Shown here: piece by piece, positions 31,751 through 41,729 of the stretch | How the letters are laid out: every line of letters begins with the position of its first letter | Numbering within the stretch: the first letter of the stretch is position 1 | From: Vicinamibacteria bacterium | GTDB taxonomy: Bacteria > Acidobacteriota > Vicinamibacteria > Marinacidobacterales > Marinacidobacteraceae | Direction: 5' to 3' | Assembly: GCA_964291235.2 (NCBI GenBank) | Contig: OZ219816.1 | Coordinates: 1,248,001 to 1,312,000 of the forward strand | DNA length: 64,000 nt | The notes under the pieces: generated by a model | Databases searched by the model: none | What the model was told of the DNA's origin: nothing | Seen by the model: the letters and a program-made list of their open reading frames with translations, nothing else | Position numbers and translations under genes: made by a program

Positions 31751-31775
31751 GCGCCACTAACTCCGCGGTCGTGGG

Positions 31776-32564
31776 TTACTCGGCCATCCGCACCAGCACC
31801 AGGGTGGCAAACGGCACTTCCTGGACGGCGGCCGGCAACTCGCGAATCAGGCCGATCGGCTCGTGCGGAGTCACGTCGGCATCGCGGGCGGTAAAGGTCG
31901 TCCCGCTGTCGGTCCCGGAGTCATACCCGACGAGATCCAACTCGAGCTGCGCCAACCAGCAGCCGTCCTCCTGCAGCGAGACCCCACTTACCCCGACGAA
32001 CCAGTCCGGGCTGGGAGCAATCATCGAGACCAGCGTCACCAGCGGCCGCTCGGCCTCCGCTTCGAAGGTGAATGACACGGAACCCGGCGACCGAAAGGAC
32101 GCCTCGGAACCTCGGATGCACGGACTGCTTCGCCCCTGGTCCGCTTCTGTCTGGATTTCCCGGCAGAGTGCCGACACGCTGCCGGTCTCCGCCATGCTCT
32201 CGATGCCCGGGGTCGCGGTCCCCCCGGACTCCCAGAACGAGACATCCACGGTGTGGGTGGCCCCGACCACCCGGGAGAAATGGGCTCCGGACGGGAAGGG
32301 CGGTCGGTTGCCGTGCGAGGCCGCGTTCCAGGTCGCTTGGAAAGTCACGCCGTACTCCGCCGCCGGCGGACATTCGGACTCCATGGGAGGCGTCGGCTCC
32401 GGAGCGGGCATCGGCGGTGGAGGGGCCGGGGGCTCGACCGGCGGGGGGGCGGGGGCAACGCTGGGCGACTCGCCGCCACAGGCGAACGTCAAGAATGCGG
32501 CCGCCACCCACGGCCCGAGCCGGAGTATCCGAAAGCGTGGCGCGAAGCTGCGGTTGGCGGTCAC
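31776..32564 (-). CDS. Spondin_N domain lipoprotein
   Basis: Lipobox TFAC, Pro-rich linker, YGVTFQATW, HFS..VGATH, VSMIAPSPDWFVG, YDSGTDSG. Confidence 0.88.
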   Translation of the reverse strand: MTANRSFAPRFRILRLGPWVAAAFLTFACGGESPSVAPAPPPVEPPAPPPPMPAPEPTPPMESECPPAAEYGVTFQATWNAASHGNRPPFPSGAHFSRVVGATHTVDVSFWESGGTATPGIESMAETGSVSALCREIQTEADQGRSSPCIRGSEASFRSPGSVSFTFEAEAERPLVTLVSMIAPSPDWFVGVSGVSLQEDGCWLAQLELDLVGYDSGTDSGTTFTARDADVTPHEPIGLIRELPAAVQEVPFATLVLVRMAE

Positions 32565-33727
32565 TCCGACACCGAGCCCAGCGCGAAGAGGGCGCCGTCC
32601 TGAGTGCCGAAGACGATCCGGCCGCCGGCGATGGCCGGCGAGCCCATGATCGCGGCCCCGGCGTGAAACTCGAACACCTTGTCCCCGGTCTCGATATCCA
32701 GCACGTAGAGCCGGCCGTCGGCGTTGCCGACATAGACCCGGTTCCCCGCCACCGCCGGCGAAGCGTCGAAGCGGGCGCGGGCCCGGAACGTCCAGCGGGC
32801 CTCGCCGCTTTCCCGGTCGAGGGCATGCACCAGCTTGTCCCGGCCCGCCGCGATCACCAGATCGCCGGCGATCGCGGCGGAGGCATAGAACGGGAAGTGC
32901 CGCTCCGGATGTTCGTAGCGCCACCGGAGTTGTCCCGCCCCGACATCCACCGCCAGCACCTCGTTGTTGAAGGTCCCGTAGTAGAGCGTCTCATCGGCAA
33001 TCGCCGGAGACGCCGCGGTATAGGCCCCGGAATCGAAACGCAGCATCTCCGTGCCGTCCGCGATGCGCACGCCCCGGAGAATGGCGTCGCACCCCGTCAC
33101 CCAGGCGAGCCCGCCGGCCCGGCCGGGGGTGGCGTGCACCGGTCCCTCGGTCTGGAGTTTCCAGCGCAGCTTGCCGGTCGTCCGCTCCACCGCGTAGAAG
33201 TGCTCGTCGTAACTGCCGACGAGGACCAGATCGTCCGCCACCACGGGCGATGACTTGATCTCGGCGCCGGTCGGAAAACGCCAGCGGGGTTCACCCGAGT
33301 CGAGATCGACCGCGTGGAGAACCCCCTGGAGGTCGCCGACGAACACCGCATCGCCGGCAACGGCGGGTGAGGACTCGCCGAAACGGTCCTCCTCGAACTC
33401 CCCCGCCTCGGCTTCGGCGGCGCCGGGGCGATACCGCCAGGCTTCCGCTCCGTCCGCGAGGCCCAGCTTCACCAGCACTCCCGGCAGCGACGTCGCATAG
33501 ACGAAACCGTCGCTGATGGCGGGGGAAGACTCCACCGAAAAGCCGAGGGGCACGCTCCACTTCAGTTCGAGTTGATCGTCGAGCGGCTCAGCGGCAATTC
33601 CGGTGAGCCCCGCATCGCGGCGGAACTGCGGCCAGTCGGCGCCGTCCTGGCCGGCGGCGGCCCCGCTCGGCGAAAGCAGGAGCCCCGGCGGGAGGACGAG
33701 CGCGGCGAGGAGGAATCGGCGTCTCAT
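32561..33727 (-). CDS. PQQ-like (BamB-like) beta-propeller protein
   Basis: DWPQFR start motif; repeated SSP-x-x / G-x-x-x-W blade motifs. Confidence 0.88.
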   Translation of the reverse strand: MRRRFLLAALVLPPGLLLSPSGAAAGQDGADWPQFRRDAGLTGIAAEPLDDQLELKWSVPLGFSVESSPAISDGFVYATSLPGVLVKLGLADGAEAWRYRPGAAEAEAGEFEEDRFGESSPAVAGDAVFVGDLQGVLHAVDLDSGEPRWRFPTGAEIKSSPVVADDLVLVGSYDEHFYAVERTTGKLRWKLQTEGPVHATPGRAGGLAWVTGCDAILRGVRIADGTEMLRFDSGAYTAASPAIADETLYYGTFNNEVLAVDVGAGQLRWRYEHPERHFPFYASAAIAGDLVIAAGRDKLVHALDRESGEARWTFRARARFDASPAVAGNRVYVGNADGRLYVLDIETGDKVFEFHAGAAIMGSPAIAGGRIVFGTQDGALFALGSVSE

Positions 33728-34884
33728 CAGACAGCGGAACGATAGACGGCGAGCGCTCCCGCGGCATCGAAAGCCCGTGGATTGAAGCGTCCGGTCCACT
33801 CCCCGGCCGCTTCCTCGGCGAGTGCGGGGAGGTCGCTCGGAGCGACGCGCGTCGCGGTCAGATCGCGGGGCAGACCCGCTGCCGCGATCCAGCTTTCGAG
33901 GCGGCCGGCGAGGGTCTCCGCCGGATCGTCCCCCGGAGGGATCGAGGCCGCGGCGAGAAGATCCCGATAGGCCGCCCCGGTGGCGGGCCCGTTCCAGCGC
34001 ACCACCCGGGGCAGGGTGATGGCCAGCGCACGTCCGTGCGCCACGTCGTAGCGCCGGGTGAGGGGGTTCGCCGAGGCGTGCGCGGCGCCCAGCATGGAGC
34101 GTTCGATCGCCGCGCCGGCAAGGAAAGCGCCGCGCTGCATGTCCTCCCAGACCGACGCGTCCGCCCGGCCCTCCACCACGAGGGGGAAGGCGGCGCTCAA
34201 GAGCGCGAAGGCCCGGTGGCTGAGTGCCGTGGATTCGTCGGTACGCCCGGACGTCACCGCCGTCTCGACCGCGTGGGCGAGGGCATCGAACCCCGTTGCG
34301 GCGATCACGTCGCGGGGAGCCGACGGGAGGAGCGCCGGATCCAGAATCACGGCCCGGAACATCGCCGAGGCGTCTCCGCACGCGAGCTTTTGGTGGTCCC
34401 GGTCCCGGGAAATGAGGGCGTACGACTGCGCCTCGCTCCCGGTGCCCGCCGTCGTCGGGACACCGGCGAGCGGGGGCAGCGGCTGAGGGCACTTCCCGTA
34501 GCCGCGGTAGGCCTCCATGCGTCCGCCTCCGGCAAGGACGAAACCGGCGCCCTTGGCGACATCGAGCGAGCTGCCTCCGCCCACGCCGACCAGGGAGTCG
34601 GCTTCCATCGCCCGGGCCGCCTCGGCGGCGCGCGCCACGTTCGCTTCCGTGGGGTTCTCGCCGAAGCCGCAAAAGACCTCCGCCCGGAGGCCGGCGCGCT
34701 CGAGGCTGGTAACCGCCCGGTCCGTAATTCCGGCCGCGACGATTCCGCGGTCCGAAGTCACCAGCGTGCGGCGGAACCCAAGGTCGGCGACGACCTCGCC
34801 CAGAAAATCGAGCGCGCCCGACCCGGAGCGCACGAGCGGCGACGGGCCACTCGGCAGACGCCAGGTGGCCGAAGGACCGTCCAT
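33727..34884 (-). CDS. Iron-containing alcohol dehydrogenase
   Basis: GGGSSLDVAK, PTTAGTGSE, DALAHAVE, GAAHASANP, HG metal ligands. Confidence 0.92.
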   Translation of the reverse strand: MDGPSATWRLPSGPSPLVRSGSGALDFLGEVVADLGFRRTLVTSDRGIVAAGITDRAVTSLERAGLRAEVFCGFGENPTEANVARAAEAARAMEADSLVGVGGGSSLDVAKGAGFVLAGGGRMEAYRGYGKCPQPLPPLAGVPTTAGTGSEAQSYALISRDRDHQKLACGDASAMFRAVILDPALLPSAPRDVIAATGFDALAHAVETAVTSGRTDESTALSHRAFALLSAAFPLVVEGRADASVWEDMQRGAFLAGAAIERSMLGAAHASANPLTRRYDVAHGRALAITLPRVVRWNGPATGAAYRDLLAAASIPPGDDPAETLAGRLESWIAAAGLPRDLTATRVAPSDLPALAEEAAGEWTGRFNPRAFDAAGALAVYRSAV

Positions 34885-34920
34885 CGGGAGTCAGCCCGGG
34901 GGATCAGCCCGCACTTTCCT

Positions 34921-36393
34921 TCAGCGGGCGCCCTCGGTGGTCGTGCCCTGCTCCTCGAGTGCGAAGAGTTGGTTCCGGCTCGCGATGTAGATGACGCCGT
35001 TCGCCGGTACCGCGCTGGAATACACCGAGCTGCCCATGTTCATCTCGGAGATCACTTCTTCGGTCCGGCCGGGACGGAGCACGACCACGTCGCCGTCCTC
35101 GTCGCCCAGGTAGAGCTTGCCATCCGCGATCACCGGTGACGCCCAGACCGCGGCAAAGGTGTCGTGGACCCAGAGGGGCTCCCCGGTTTCGATGTCGAGT
35201 GCGTGAAGGAAGCCGGAGAAATCGGGCAGGTAGAAGATGCCGTCCTTCAGCGCGCCGGTGGAAATGGAGCGCCGGATGGTGTCGTAGTGCCAGAGCCGCC
35301 CGGTCTCGGTGATGTCGCCCCGCTGCGTGGCGTCGATCGCGTAGAGGTGGCCGACGCCCTCCCCGTGCTCCGGATCCTGGCCGTTCGCGATGAAGAGCCG
35401 GTCACCAAGGATGACCGGAGTGGAGATGACGTTGTTCCGGGTGCGCGGCCAGACCGAGTCCTTCGGGTTCGTGTCGAACCACCAGAGGGTTTCTCCGGTC
35501 TCGGCGACGTATCCCCGGACCCAACCGTCGCCCTCGCCCATGATGACCTGGGTCACCCCGCCCACTTCGGCGACGCCCGCCGCCGACCACTGGCCGTGCA
35601 GGATGTTCTCCCCGACGTGGTTCTGCTCCCAGACCAGCTCTCCGGTCACCTTGTTCACCGCGATGATCGCGGGAGTGAGCGGCGAGGGAATGTTGGCGTG
35701 GGTCTCGTCGTGGCCGTTCGAAGTGTTCACGAACAGCAGGTCTCCGTAGGCGACCGGGCTGGCGTTCGACATGTTGTGGGGAAAGGAGCCGAGTTCCTCC
35801 ATCATGTCGAGGCGCCAGATGATGTCTCCGTCGGTCGGCGACTGGAGCGCTTCGTCGGTGACCGGGCCGTCGTTGCCGTTCGCCATGCCGTGAACGTCCA
35901 GCGCGAGCAGTTCTCCCCGGTTCGTGACGTAGTAGACGCGATCGCCCTCCACGAGCGGCGAAGAGCAGACTCCCTGATAGGGCCAGTCGTTGACCCGTCC
36001 CGAGAGCAGCTTGTCGGAGACCATTTGCCACAGAAACTCACCCGTGGCCGCGTCGAACGCGACCAGGATCCCCTTGTCGCCCACGATCTCCTTGTCGTAG
36101 AGGGCTTCGTTGTTCGTACCCACGAACACCCGGCCGCCGGCCACGACCGGGTTGCCGTAGGTCTGCGAACCGAGTGCCGCGACCCAGCGGACGTTGTGGC
36201 CGCTGTCCACGTCCCATTCGGCCGGGAGCCGGGCGGTGGTGTCCGAGACCATATTCCGATCCGGGGTCCCTCCCCACATCGGCCAATCCTGCGCGCCGGC
36301 GCTTCCACCGGCCAGGAGCACCAGCAGGAGACCGTTCCGCGCCGCCGCGGGGATTCCCCGCCGGTAGCGCGGGCTCTTCTCGAGTCGGGACAT
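34921..36393 (-). CDS. PQQ-like beta-propeller protein
   Basis: Signal peptide, DWPMWGGTPDRNMVS, TG-x-x-x-W blades. Confidence 0.88.
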   Translation of the reverse strand: MSRLEKSPRYRRGIPAAARNGLLLVLLAGGSAGAQDWPMWGGTPDRNMVSDTTARLPAEWDVDSGHNVRWVAALGSQTYGNPVVAGGRVFVGTNNEALYDKEIVGDKGILVAFDAATGEFLWQMVSDKLLSGRVNDWPYQGVCSSPLVEGDRVYYVTNRGELLALDVHGMANGNDGPVTDEALQSPTDGDIIWRLDMMEELGSFPHNMSNASPVAYGDLLFVNTSNGHDETHANIPSPLTPAIIAVNKVTGELVWEQNHVGENILHGQWSAAGVAEVGGVTQVIMGEGDGWVRGYVAETGETLWWFDTNPKDSVWPRTRNNVISTPVILGDRLFIANGQDPEHGEGVGHLYAIDATQRGDITETGRLWHYDTIRRSISTGALKDGIFYLPDFSGFLHALDIETGEPLWVHDTFAAVWASPVIADGKLYLGDEDGDVVVLRPGRTEEVISEMNMGSSVYSSAVPANGVIYIASRNQLFALEEQGTTTEGAR

Positions 36394-36499
36394 GGAACGT
36401 CTCCCTCTTGTCAGGCTCTTATCGGGCTCGGGTGAAACTCTGAAGCCGCTGATTCGCGGCGCGCAACGCCGCGGGGTGGGGTGCTTTCACCACGGGCTG

Positions 36500-38698
36500 C
36501 TACTCGCCGGGTTCCACGACGATGTTGTCAAAGAAAACCTCGGCGGACACCGCGTCGGCAAAGATGCCCGGGGTGCCCTCGTGATGGGGCAGCTCCTCGC
36601 GCCATTCGAGGGTCCATTCGTCCGGTTCGCCCTCGCCCCGAGGCCAGACCTTGCCGCGGGCGACGACTTCCGCGTCGTCCTCCACAACCTGGAACTTCAT
36701 CGAATACCAGGTGTCGGCTTCCCAGGCGAAGGGAATCTGGGTGGTCCGGCCAGGGGTCGCCTGCCAGGAATGGATCTCGAGCCGCTGGTGCGTGCCCATC
36801 AGCACGAACTGGTAGCGCTGGGCGACGAGCCCCGCATTTCCCATCTGGCGGCGGCGGGTGTTGGCCATCACATCCGCGGAGACCGTGTACCCGGAGAGCG
36901 TCGGCGGCCCCATGTAAACGCGCGCCCGGCGGAGGAACGGGTTGTCGGCCCGCTTGACCAGGACCCGCTGGCCGTCTTCCAGGGTCCTGGTCTCGTACTT
37001 TCCCGTGGAGTTGACCCACTGCGGGGGCACGCGCGAGTCCTCCGCGTCGAAATCCCAGCTCCAGGGCAGGGGTGGGACCACCCGGAAGCGGGCGGCTCCG
37101 CTGGCGTCGCCGGCGCTTACCGTCACCTTTCCGGCAGCGCCCGCCGCCTCGGCCGCTACCGCAAGCGTCAGGTCTTCAACCGTGCCGTCGAAACCCTCCA
37201 CCGCCCAGGTCAGGTTGGCCGGCGCTTCGGTCGGGTTGCCCATGGCGTCGAAAGCGCGGACGGAGAGAGCGACTTCCGATCCGGGGGCCAGGATTTCTTC
37301 GGTGGGAGACAGGACGAGATGTGACGGAGCGGCCGCGGACATCTCCGGCGGCGTCGCGGGAGGCGCATCCGGAGCGGGGCGCCGCTCCCCGATCGCATAG
37401 AGGGCGCCGCTGGAAACGAAGTACACGACCCCGTCGCTGACCGCCGCCGACGCGATGATCTCTTCCGGAATCTCGTCGGTGCCGATTACGTCGTCGTCCA
37501 GGACCTCCACGCCGTCCCGGCTCGGACGGAGAATGAAGAAACGCCCGTTGGCCGTCCCCACGTAGAGCTTGCCGTCGGCAAGTACCGGAGAGGCGCGCTG
37601 GATCGTCCCCAGGTTGTGGGTCCAGAGCTCGGTCCCATCCGTCGCCGAAAACGCGGCCAGATTGGCGCTGTTGTCGATCTGATAGAGCAGATCCCCGTCG
37701 CCGACGCCGGAGGAAAAACCGCCCATGAATCCCGGCACCTGCCAGAGAGGAGCGTCGGCCCCGATTTCACCGGTGGAAGTGGCATCCAGCGCGGCGAGGA
37801 GCCCCATCACCGAAGAGTCGAGGTTTTCCTCGCCGTGACTGACCAGCGCAACATCGCCGAAGAGCACCGCACCGCTGTTCACGCCGCGCTTGCTCATCGG
37901 GAAGTTCCAGGCGGAAGCGCCGGTCGCCGGCTGGATCGCGTGGAAGGCGCCGTCGCCGCCGCCCACCAGCAGCAACCGGCGACCGTCCACGGTGCGCACC
38001 GATGCCGGCGCATAGGTGGTGTCGTAGGGGCGGCCGCCCGGTGCCGACAGCCACACCATCTGTCCGCTGCGCTTGTCGAACGCGAAGAATCGCTGACTGC
38101 CCCGCGCGTGCTCACCCCACGAGGAGGTGAGACCGCTGAGGATCACCAGGTCTTCCAGAATCAGGGGCGACGCGGTGCGGCCGCCGTGGGTGGTGACGAG
38201 TCCCAGCTCCTCGGGCAGGGAGCGCGACCAGCGGACGCTGCCGTCGGCAATATCGAAGGCCGTCAGTTCCCCGCCGAGAGTGAAGAAAAACACCGTGCCG
38301 GTTTCGGCATCGGCCGCGGGGGACGCCCAGCCGACCCGCCGCGGCGGCGCGTCGGAGTGGTAGATGTTCCGCCGGGCTTCCCAGAGGAGTTCCCCGGTTC
38401 CGGCGTCGAGCGCCACCAGCTGTTCCTGGCGGGTCTCCCGGTCCCCCACGCCGCGCTGCAGGAAGAGGCGATCTCCCAGAATCACCGGAGTCGATCGCCC
38501 CCCGTAGGGCGCCTTGAAGAGCAGGTTCCGGCCGTCGGGCGACCAGGACTCGGGGAGTCCGGTTTCGGCCGAACGCCCGTCGCGTCCGGGGCCGCGAATC
38601 TCGGGCCAGTCCGACGCGATTGCGGACGCAGCAAGAATAAAGACCGCAGTCCAGACGGCGAGCGCCGTCGCGCCGCGGCGAACGGTTCCGGAACCCAT
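36500..38698 (-). CDS. PQQ-like beta-propeller with C-terminal Ig-like and beta-sandwich domains
   Basis: DWPEIRGP, blade repeats to ~aa 460, then a beta-rich region ending FFDNIVV. Confidence 0.85.
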   Translation of the reverse strand: MGSGTVRRGATALAVWTAVFILAASAIASDWPEIRGPGRDGRSAETGLPESWSPDGRNLLFKAPYGGRSTPVILGDRLFLQRGVGDRETRQEQLVALDAGTGELLWEARRNIYHSDAPPRRVGWASPAADAETGTVFFFTLGGELTAFDIADGSVRWSRSLPEELGLVTTHGGRTASPLILEDLVILSGLTSSWGEHARGSQRFFAFDKRSGQMVWLSAPGGRPYDTTYAPASVRTVDGRRLLLVGGGDGAFHAIQPATGASAWNFPMSKRGVNSGAVLFGDVALVSHGEENLDSSVMGLLAALDATSTGEIGADAPLWQVPGFMGGFSSGVGDGDLLYQIDNSANLAAFSATDGTELWTHNLGTIQRASPVLADGKLYVGTANGRFFILRPSRDGVEVLDDDVIGTDEIPEEIIASAAVSDGVVYFVSSGALYAIGERRPAPDAPPATPPEMSAAAPSHLVLSPTEEILAPGSEVALSVRAFDAMGNPTEAPANLTWAVEGFDGTVEDLTLAVAAEAAGAAGKVTVSAGDASGAARFRVVPPLPWSWDFDAEDSRVPPQWVNSTGKYETRTLEDGQRVLVKRADNPFLRRARVYMGPPTLSGYTVSADVMANTRRRQMGNAGLVAQRYQFVLMGTHQRLEIHSWQATPGRTTQIPFAWEADTWYSMKFQVVEDDAEVVARGKVWPRGEGEPDEWTLEWREELPHHEGTPGIFADAVSAEVFFDNIVVEPGE

Positions 38699-38771
38699 GG
38701 CGGGACGGGAGTCTAGCGGGGTGGCGGGAGGGCGCGAAGACTCCCCCTCGGCAGGGGAATGCCTCTCGGCG

Positions 38772-40256
38772 ATGCAATCTCGGACGCCAGCGGACACAAT
38801 ACGCCGCACCGTGCGCAACGTATCCCGCGTGATTGCCCCGGGAGCGCTGCTGGCCGCTGGACTCCTGGCCGGCAGTTCACCCACCCTGGCGCTCGAGAGT
38901 CAGGGTCCCGCCGCCCCAGTGGCGCCGGAGCGGGCGTCGTCCGAACCTCCCGCTTCGGAGACCCGCGCGTCGTCCAACTGGCCGGCGTGGCGGGGGCCGA
39001 CCGCGAACGGCGTCTCCACCGAGACCGGCCTGCCCGTCCGTTTCGATCCGGACACGAACGGGCTCTGGAAGACGGTAACCCCGGGCGAAGGGCATTCTTC
39101 GCCGGTCGTCTGGGACCAGCTTGTCTTCGTCTCGGCCTCCATCGCCGGAGATCCGGTCCCGGGACACAAGCCGCCGGTACACGTCCGCAACGGTGAGGTC
39201 TATCTGCACGCCGGGAGTACGGCCGGGGACCTCCATCACACCCTGCTGGCGCTGGCCTACGACGCGCGCACCGGAGAGGAAGTGTGGCGGCGGACAGTCC
39301 ACGACGGGCCGGTCTACGACAACCGGTACCGGACCAACACCTACGCCTCGCTGACGGCGATCACCGATGGGGAGCGCGTGTACTTCTCCTTCGGCAATCA
39401 GGGCCTGTTCGCCTTCACCCTCGACGGGGAGCCCCTCTGGTCCACCGATCTCGGTGACTTCGGCGTCTGGGGACTTGGCCACGGCATCATGCCGGTGCTG
39501 CATGGCGAAACCTTGATCCTCGTCTGCGACAACGACGACGGCGAGGGATCGCGCATTTTCGGAGTGGACCGCCGTAGCGGGGAGATCGTCTGGAGCACCG
39601 AGCGGCGAGCCCGAAAGGGTTGGGCAACCCCGGCGCTGCTGCCGGTCGGGGGCATCACCCAACTCTTCGTGCCGGGGTACCACGCCCTCGCCGCCTACGA
39701 CGCCGGCAACGGCGTCGAATTGTGGCGGACCGCGCCCTTCGAGGACTCGGCCCCGGTCCATACCCCGGTCCACCAACCTTTCGGAGACGGACGCCTCGTC
39801 TTCGTTTCGACCGGCTATCCCGGCAAGGAAATGCGGGCCCTCGAAGTGCTGCCGGGGGTCGAGCCCCGCGTTCGCTGGACCTACGAGCGGGGGACCGGAT
39901 ACCTCCCCTCGGCGCTCCTCTACCGCGGCATCCTCTTCTTCCTGTCGGACGGCGGCGTGATCACCGCGCTCGACCCGGAGGACGGCTCGCTCCATTTCCA
40001 GGCGCGCCCCACGCACCCCGGCCGCTACCACTCCTCGCCGATCGGATACGAGGGACACGTCCTGATCGGCAGCCTGGAGGGCGACCTGACCGTGTTCCGG
40101 GCCGCCGACGAGTTCGAGATCGTGGCGGAGAGCTCGCTCCCGGAGGCGATCTGGGCGTCACCGGCCATCGCCGGCGGAACGCTCTTCCTGCGGAGCGTGG
40201 ATGCCCTCTACGCGTTTCGTTCGCCAGCCCCCGGCGAAACCACGCCGGCTCGGTGA
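38772..40256 (+). CDS. PQQ-like beta-propeller protein (start uncertain)
   Basis: NWPAWRGP, GHSSPVVW, TDGERVY, ASPAIAGGTLFLRS. Confidence 0.87.
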   Translation: MQSRTPADTIRRTVRNVSRVIAPGALLAAGLLAGSSPTLALESQGPAAPVAPERASSEPPASETRASSNWPAWRGPTANGVSTETGLPVRFDPDTNGLWKTVTPGEGHSSPVVWDQLVFVSASIAGDPVPGHKPPVHVRNGEVYLHAGSTAGDLHHTLLALAYDARTGEEVWRRTVHDGPVYDNRYRTNTYASLTAITDGERVYFSFGNQGLFAFTLDGEPLWSTDLGDFGVWGLGHGIMPVLHGETLILVCDNDDGEGSRIFGVDRRSGEIVWSTERRARKGWATPALLPVGGITQLFVPGYHALAAYDAGNGVELWRTAPFEDSAPVHTPVHQPFGDGRLVFVSTGYPGKEMRALEVLPGVEPRVRWTYERGTGYLPSALLYRGILFFLSDGGVITALDPEDGSLHFQARPTHPGRYHSSPIGYEGHVLIGSLEGDLTVFRAADEFEIVAESSLPEAIWASPAIAGGTLFLRSVDALYAFRSPAPGETTPAR

Positions 40257-41623
40257 GCTTGCCGGGTCGACGGATCGGCCGCGCGGCGGGGACCGTCGCG
40301 CTGGCGGCGCTCCTGACGGGGGACGCTGGGGCACAGCAAACGACGATCCCGGAGTGGCCTCAGTGGCGGGGCCCGGAGGGGCGCGCGCACGCGGAGTCCG
40401 CGGCCCCCCTCCGTTGGGGAACGGACGAGAACATCCGCTGGAAGGCCCCCGTCGAGGGCCGGGGGCATTCGTCGCCAATCGTCGTGGGCGATCTGATCTT
40501 CCTCACGTCGGCCACCTCCGGCGAGAAGGTGCCCGGGGCCGGGCCGATCATCCATTTCATGGGCAGTGAGGAGTTCCTGCATCCCGACAGCCTGGGCGCC
40601 GACCAGCGGCTGGACGTGCTGCTGCTCGCCCTGGACAGGAGGAGCGGAGCGTTGCGCTGGCGCCGGGAAGTGCGCGCCGGGGCGCTCCCCTACGACAACC
40701 GCCACCGGATCGGTTCCTACGCAAATCCCACCCCGGTTAGCGACGGGGAGCGGGTCGTTGCCTGGTTCGGGACGCAGGGTCTCTACGCGTTCACTCTCGA
40801 AGGGGACCTCATCTGGTCCCAGGACTTCGGGGGTGTCGGGACCATGGGGATGGGGGTCGCCACCTCTCCGGTGCTCGTCGCGGCGGCCGGACTCGTAGTG
40901 GTCCAGAGCGACGTGGAGGAGGGCGACGGATCCTTCATCGCGGCTCTGGACACTGCCACCGGCGCAATCCGGTGGCGGGCCGAACGGACCCAGCGGGTGG
41001 GCTGGGCAACGCCGACGGTCGTACGGTCCGCTGACGGCGCCTCACTCGTCGTGACGATGGGGACGGGAGACATCGTCGCCTACGGCGCGGAAACCGGAGA
41101 GGAACGCTGGCGCGCGGGAGGGCTCCGGGGCAACGCGGTACCGAGCCCGGTGGCCTCCGGCGACGGTCTGGTGTTCGCCGTGACGGGCTATCCGCGGAAG
41201 AACGTCCTGGCGCTGGACCTCCAGGATGGATCGCTGCGCTGGAGCTACCGCAAGGGGCAGGGCTACGTTCCGTCTCCGATCTTCCACCGGGGCGTGCTCT
41301 ATCTGGTCAGCGATGGGGGCATCCTCACCGCGCTGGACGGCCGAAGCGGCGAGGTCATCTACGAGGGCGGCCGCATGCCGCTGCCCTCACGTTTCTTCTC
41401 GTCTCCCGTAGTGTCCGGCGAACGGATCTATCTGACCAGCGAGGACGGAGACACCCACGTGATTCGATCGGGTCCCCAATTCGAAATCCTGGCTACCAAC
41501 AGCGTGGACGAGCCGGTCATGGCCTCCCCGGCCATCGTGGACGGCACGATCTACCTGCGGAGTGCGGAACACCTGTATGCCATAGCGGAGCCGGCGCACG
41601 CGACCGGGGCAAATCTCCGATAA
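40253..41623 (+). CDS. PQQ-like beta-propeller protein
   Basis: GTGA overlap; WPQWRGP, GHSSPIV, YVPSP, ASPAIVDGTIYLRS. Confidence 0.87.
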   Translation: MSLPGRRIGRAAGTVALAALLTGDAGAQQTTIPEWPQWRGPEGRAHAESAAPLRWGTDENIRWKAPVEGRGHSSPIVVGDLIFLTSATSGEKVPGAGPIIHFMGSEEFLHPDSLGADQRLDVLLLALDRRSGALRWRREVRAGALPYDNRHRIGSYANPTPVSDGERVVAWFGTQGLYAFTLEGDLIWSQDFGGVGTMGMGVATSPVLVAAAGLVVVQSDVEEGDGSFIAALDTATGAIRWRAERTQRVGWATPTVVRSADGASLVVTMGTGDIVAYGAETGEERWRAGGLRGNAVPSPVASGDGLVFAVTGYPRKNVLALDLQDGSLRWSYRKGQGYVPSPIFHRGVLYLVSDGGILTALDGRSGEVIYEGGRMPLPSRFFSSPVVSGERIYLTSEDGDTHVIRSGPQFEILATNSVDEPVMASPAIVDGTIYLRSAEHLYAIAEPAHATGANLR

Positions 41624-41729
41624 TCCGCCCGTGGCCCGGAGGGAACCGGGCACCGAAGGCCTTCGTATCCGAACGAGAGCCGGCGGCCGCGCGGGGTCGC
41701 CCGACATCCCCAAGCAGAGGAGTGCGCCG

